Notes under the pieces: model-generated
The model's database searches: none
What the model was told of the DNA's origin: nothing
Seen by the model: only the letters and a program-made list of their open reading frames with translations
Assembly (NCBI GenBank): GCA_023138975.1
Contig: JAGLON010000006.1
Coordinates: 42,999-106,998 of the forward strand
DNA from: Candidatus Zixiibacteriota bacterium
Lineage (GTDB): Bacteria > Zixibacteria > MSB-5A5 > GN15 > JAAZOE01
Length of the DNA: 64,000 nucleotides
Reading direction: 5' to 3'
Shown: positions 63,873 through 64,000 of the stretch, piece after piece
How the letters are laid out: every line of letters begins with the position of its first letter
Numbering within the stretch: the first letter of the stretch is position 1
Program-made: the position numbers and the translations under genes

Positions 63873-64000
63873 TTATTTCGTATCCGAAATTCTTTTCAAA
63901 TGGATTGTTAGGACGGCTATGTCAGATGGAGTTACTCCCTCAATACGTGAAGCCTGCCCCAGAGTGGTCGGGTGGAATCGTATGAGCTTCTCAATGGCCT
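63873..64000 (-). CDS. mnmG: tRNA uridine-5-carboxymethylaminomethyl modification enzyme MnmG (GidA), C-terminal end only
   Basis: The reverse strand translates to ...[41 protein letters not shown], the conserved MnmG C-terminal motif ([15 protein letters not shown]). The stop is at 63873-63875 and the gene continues beyond the window. Confidence 0.85.
   Translation of the reverse strand, partial: AIEKLIRFHPTTLGQASRIEGVTPSDIAVLTIHLKRISDTK

Noticed and set aside
1-64000. tRNA, rRNA, tmRNA, riboswitch, transposase or integrase genes.
   Set aside because: I found none by eye in the intergenic regions or the ORF list. Without tRNAscan or Infernal I cannot exclude small structured RNAs, so none are reported apart from the one flagged sRNA/leader candidate.
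1-64000. PEP-CTERM sorting signals among ORF C-termini, to pair with the exosortase.
   Set aside because: No ORF ends with PEP plus a hydrophobic helix plus a basic tail. The nearest oddity, the poly-Arg tail of the 40302-41162 protein, lacks the TM helix.

Overview
A 64 kb chromosomal segment from a diderm bacterium, with mid-40s % GC judged from hand counts of sample lines. The diderm call rests on the LPS/KDO genes kdsA-kdsC-kdsD-lpxL, lolDE and an exosortase. DUF5683-, DUF5916- and dockerin-like content loosely suggests an uncultured FCB-type lineage; that is inference only. The right end looks origin-proximal: mnmG (partial), a near-consensus parS, then rsmG-parA-parB-M23 peptidase-bactofilin, followed by a cluster of DnaA boxes. 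Housekeeping genes are clear: lysS, clpC with mcsA/mcsB, rpmA, cspA, a PPi-type phosphofructokinase, znuABC, an isoaspartyl peptidase and moxR/DUF58. The standout is a tightly packed five-gene minus-strand operon (11980-18021). It encodes four modular secreted fibre-like paralogues with conserved N-terminal modules and C-terminal coiled coils but variable centres, one carrying a 45 bp x3 tandem repeat, plus a small protein with a dockerin-like repeat pair. I cannot place these in a characterised family. Other accessory signals are listed here:
- a ~30% GC orphan gene with a TIR-like N-terminal domain, embedded in hairpin repeats (38421-39653)
- a low-GC orphan with PIN-like motifs (49807-50709)
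- a TPR-type sigma-54 activator followed by a sigma-54 promoter-like motif and terminator, a candidate sRNA or leader
- a CopG-like/Cys-cluster protein heading the zinc-uptake operon
- a family of mosaic REP/BIME-like hairpin repeats that bracket lysS, the DUF58 gene and a two-gene insertion splitting moxR from DUF58

No rRNA, tRNA, CRISPR array, transposase or integrase was recognised. All family assignments come from motif recognition by eye and need HMM or BLAST confirmation.
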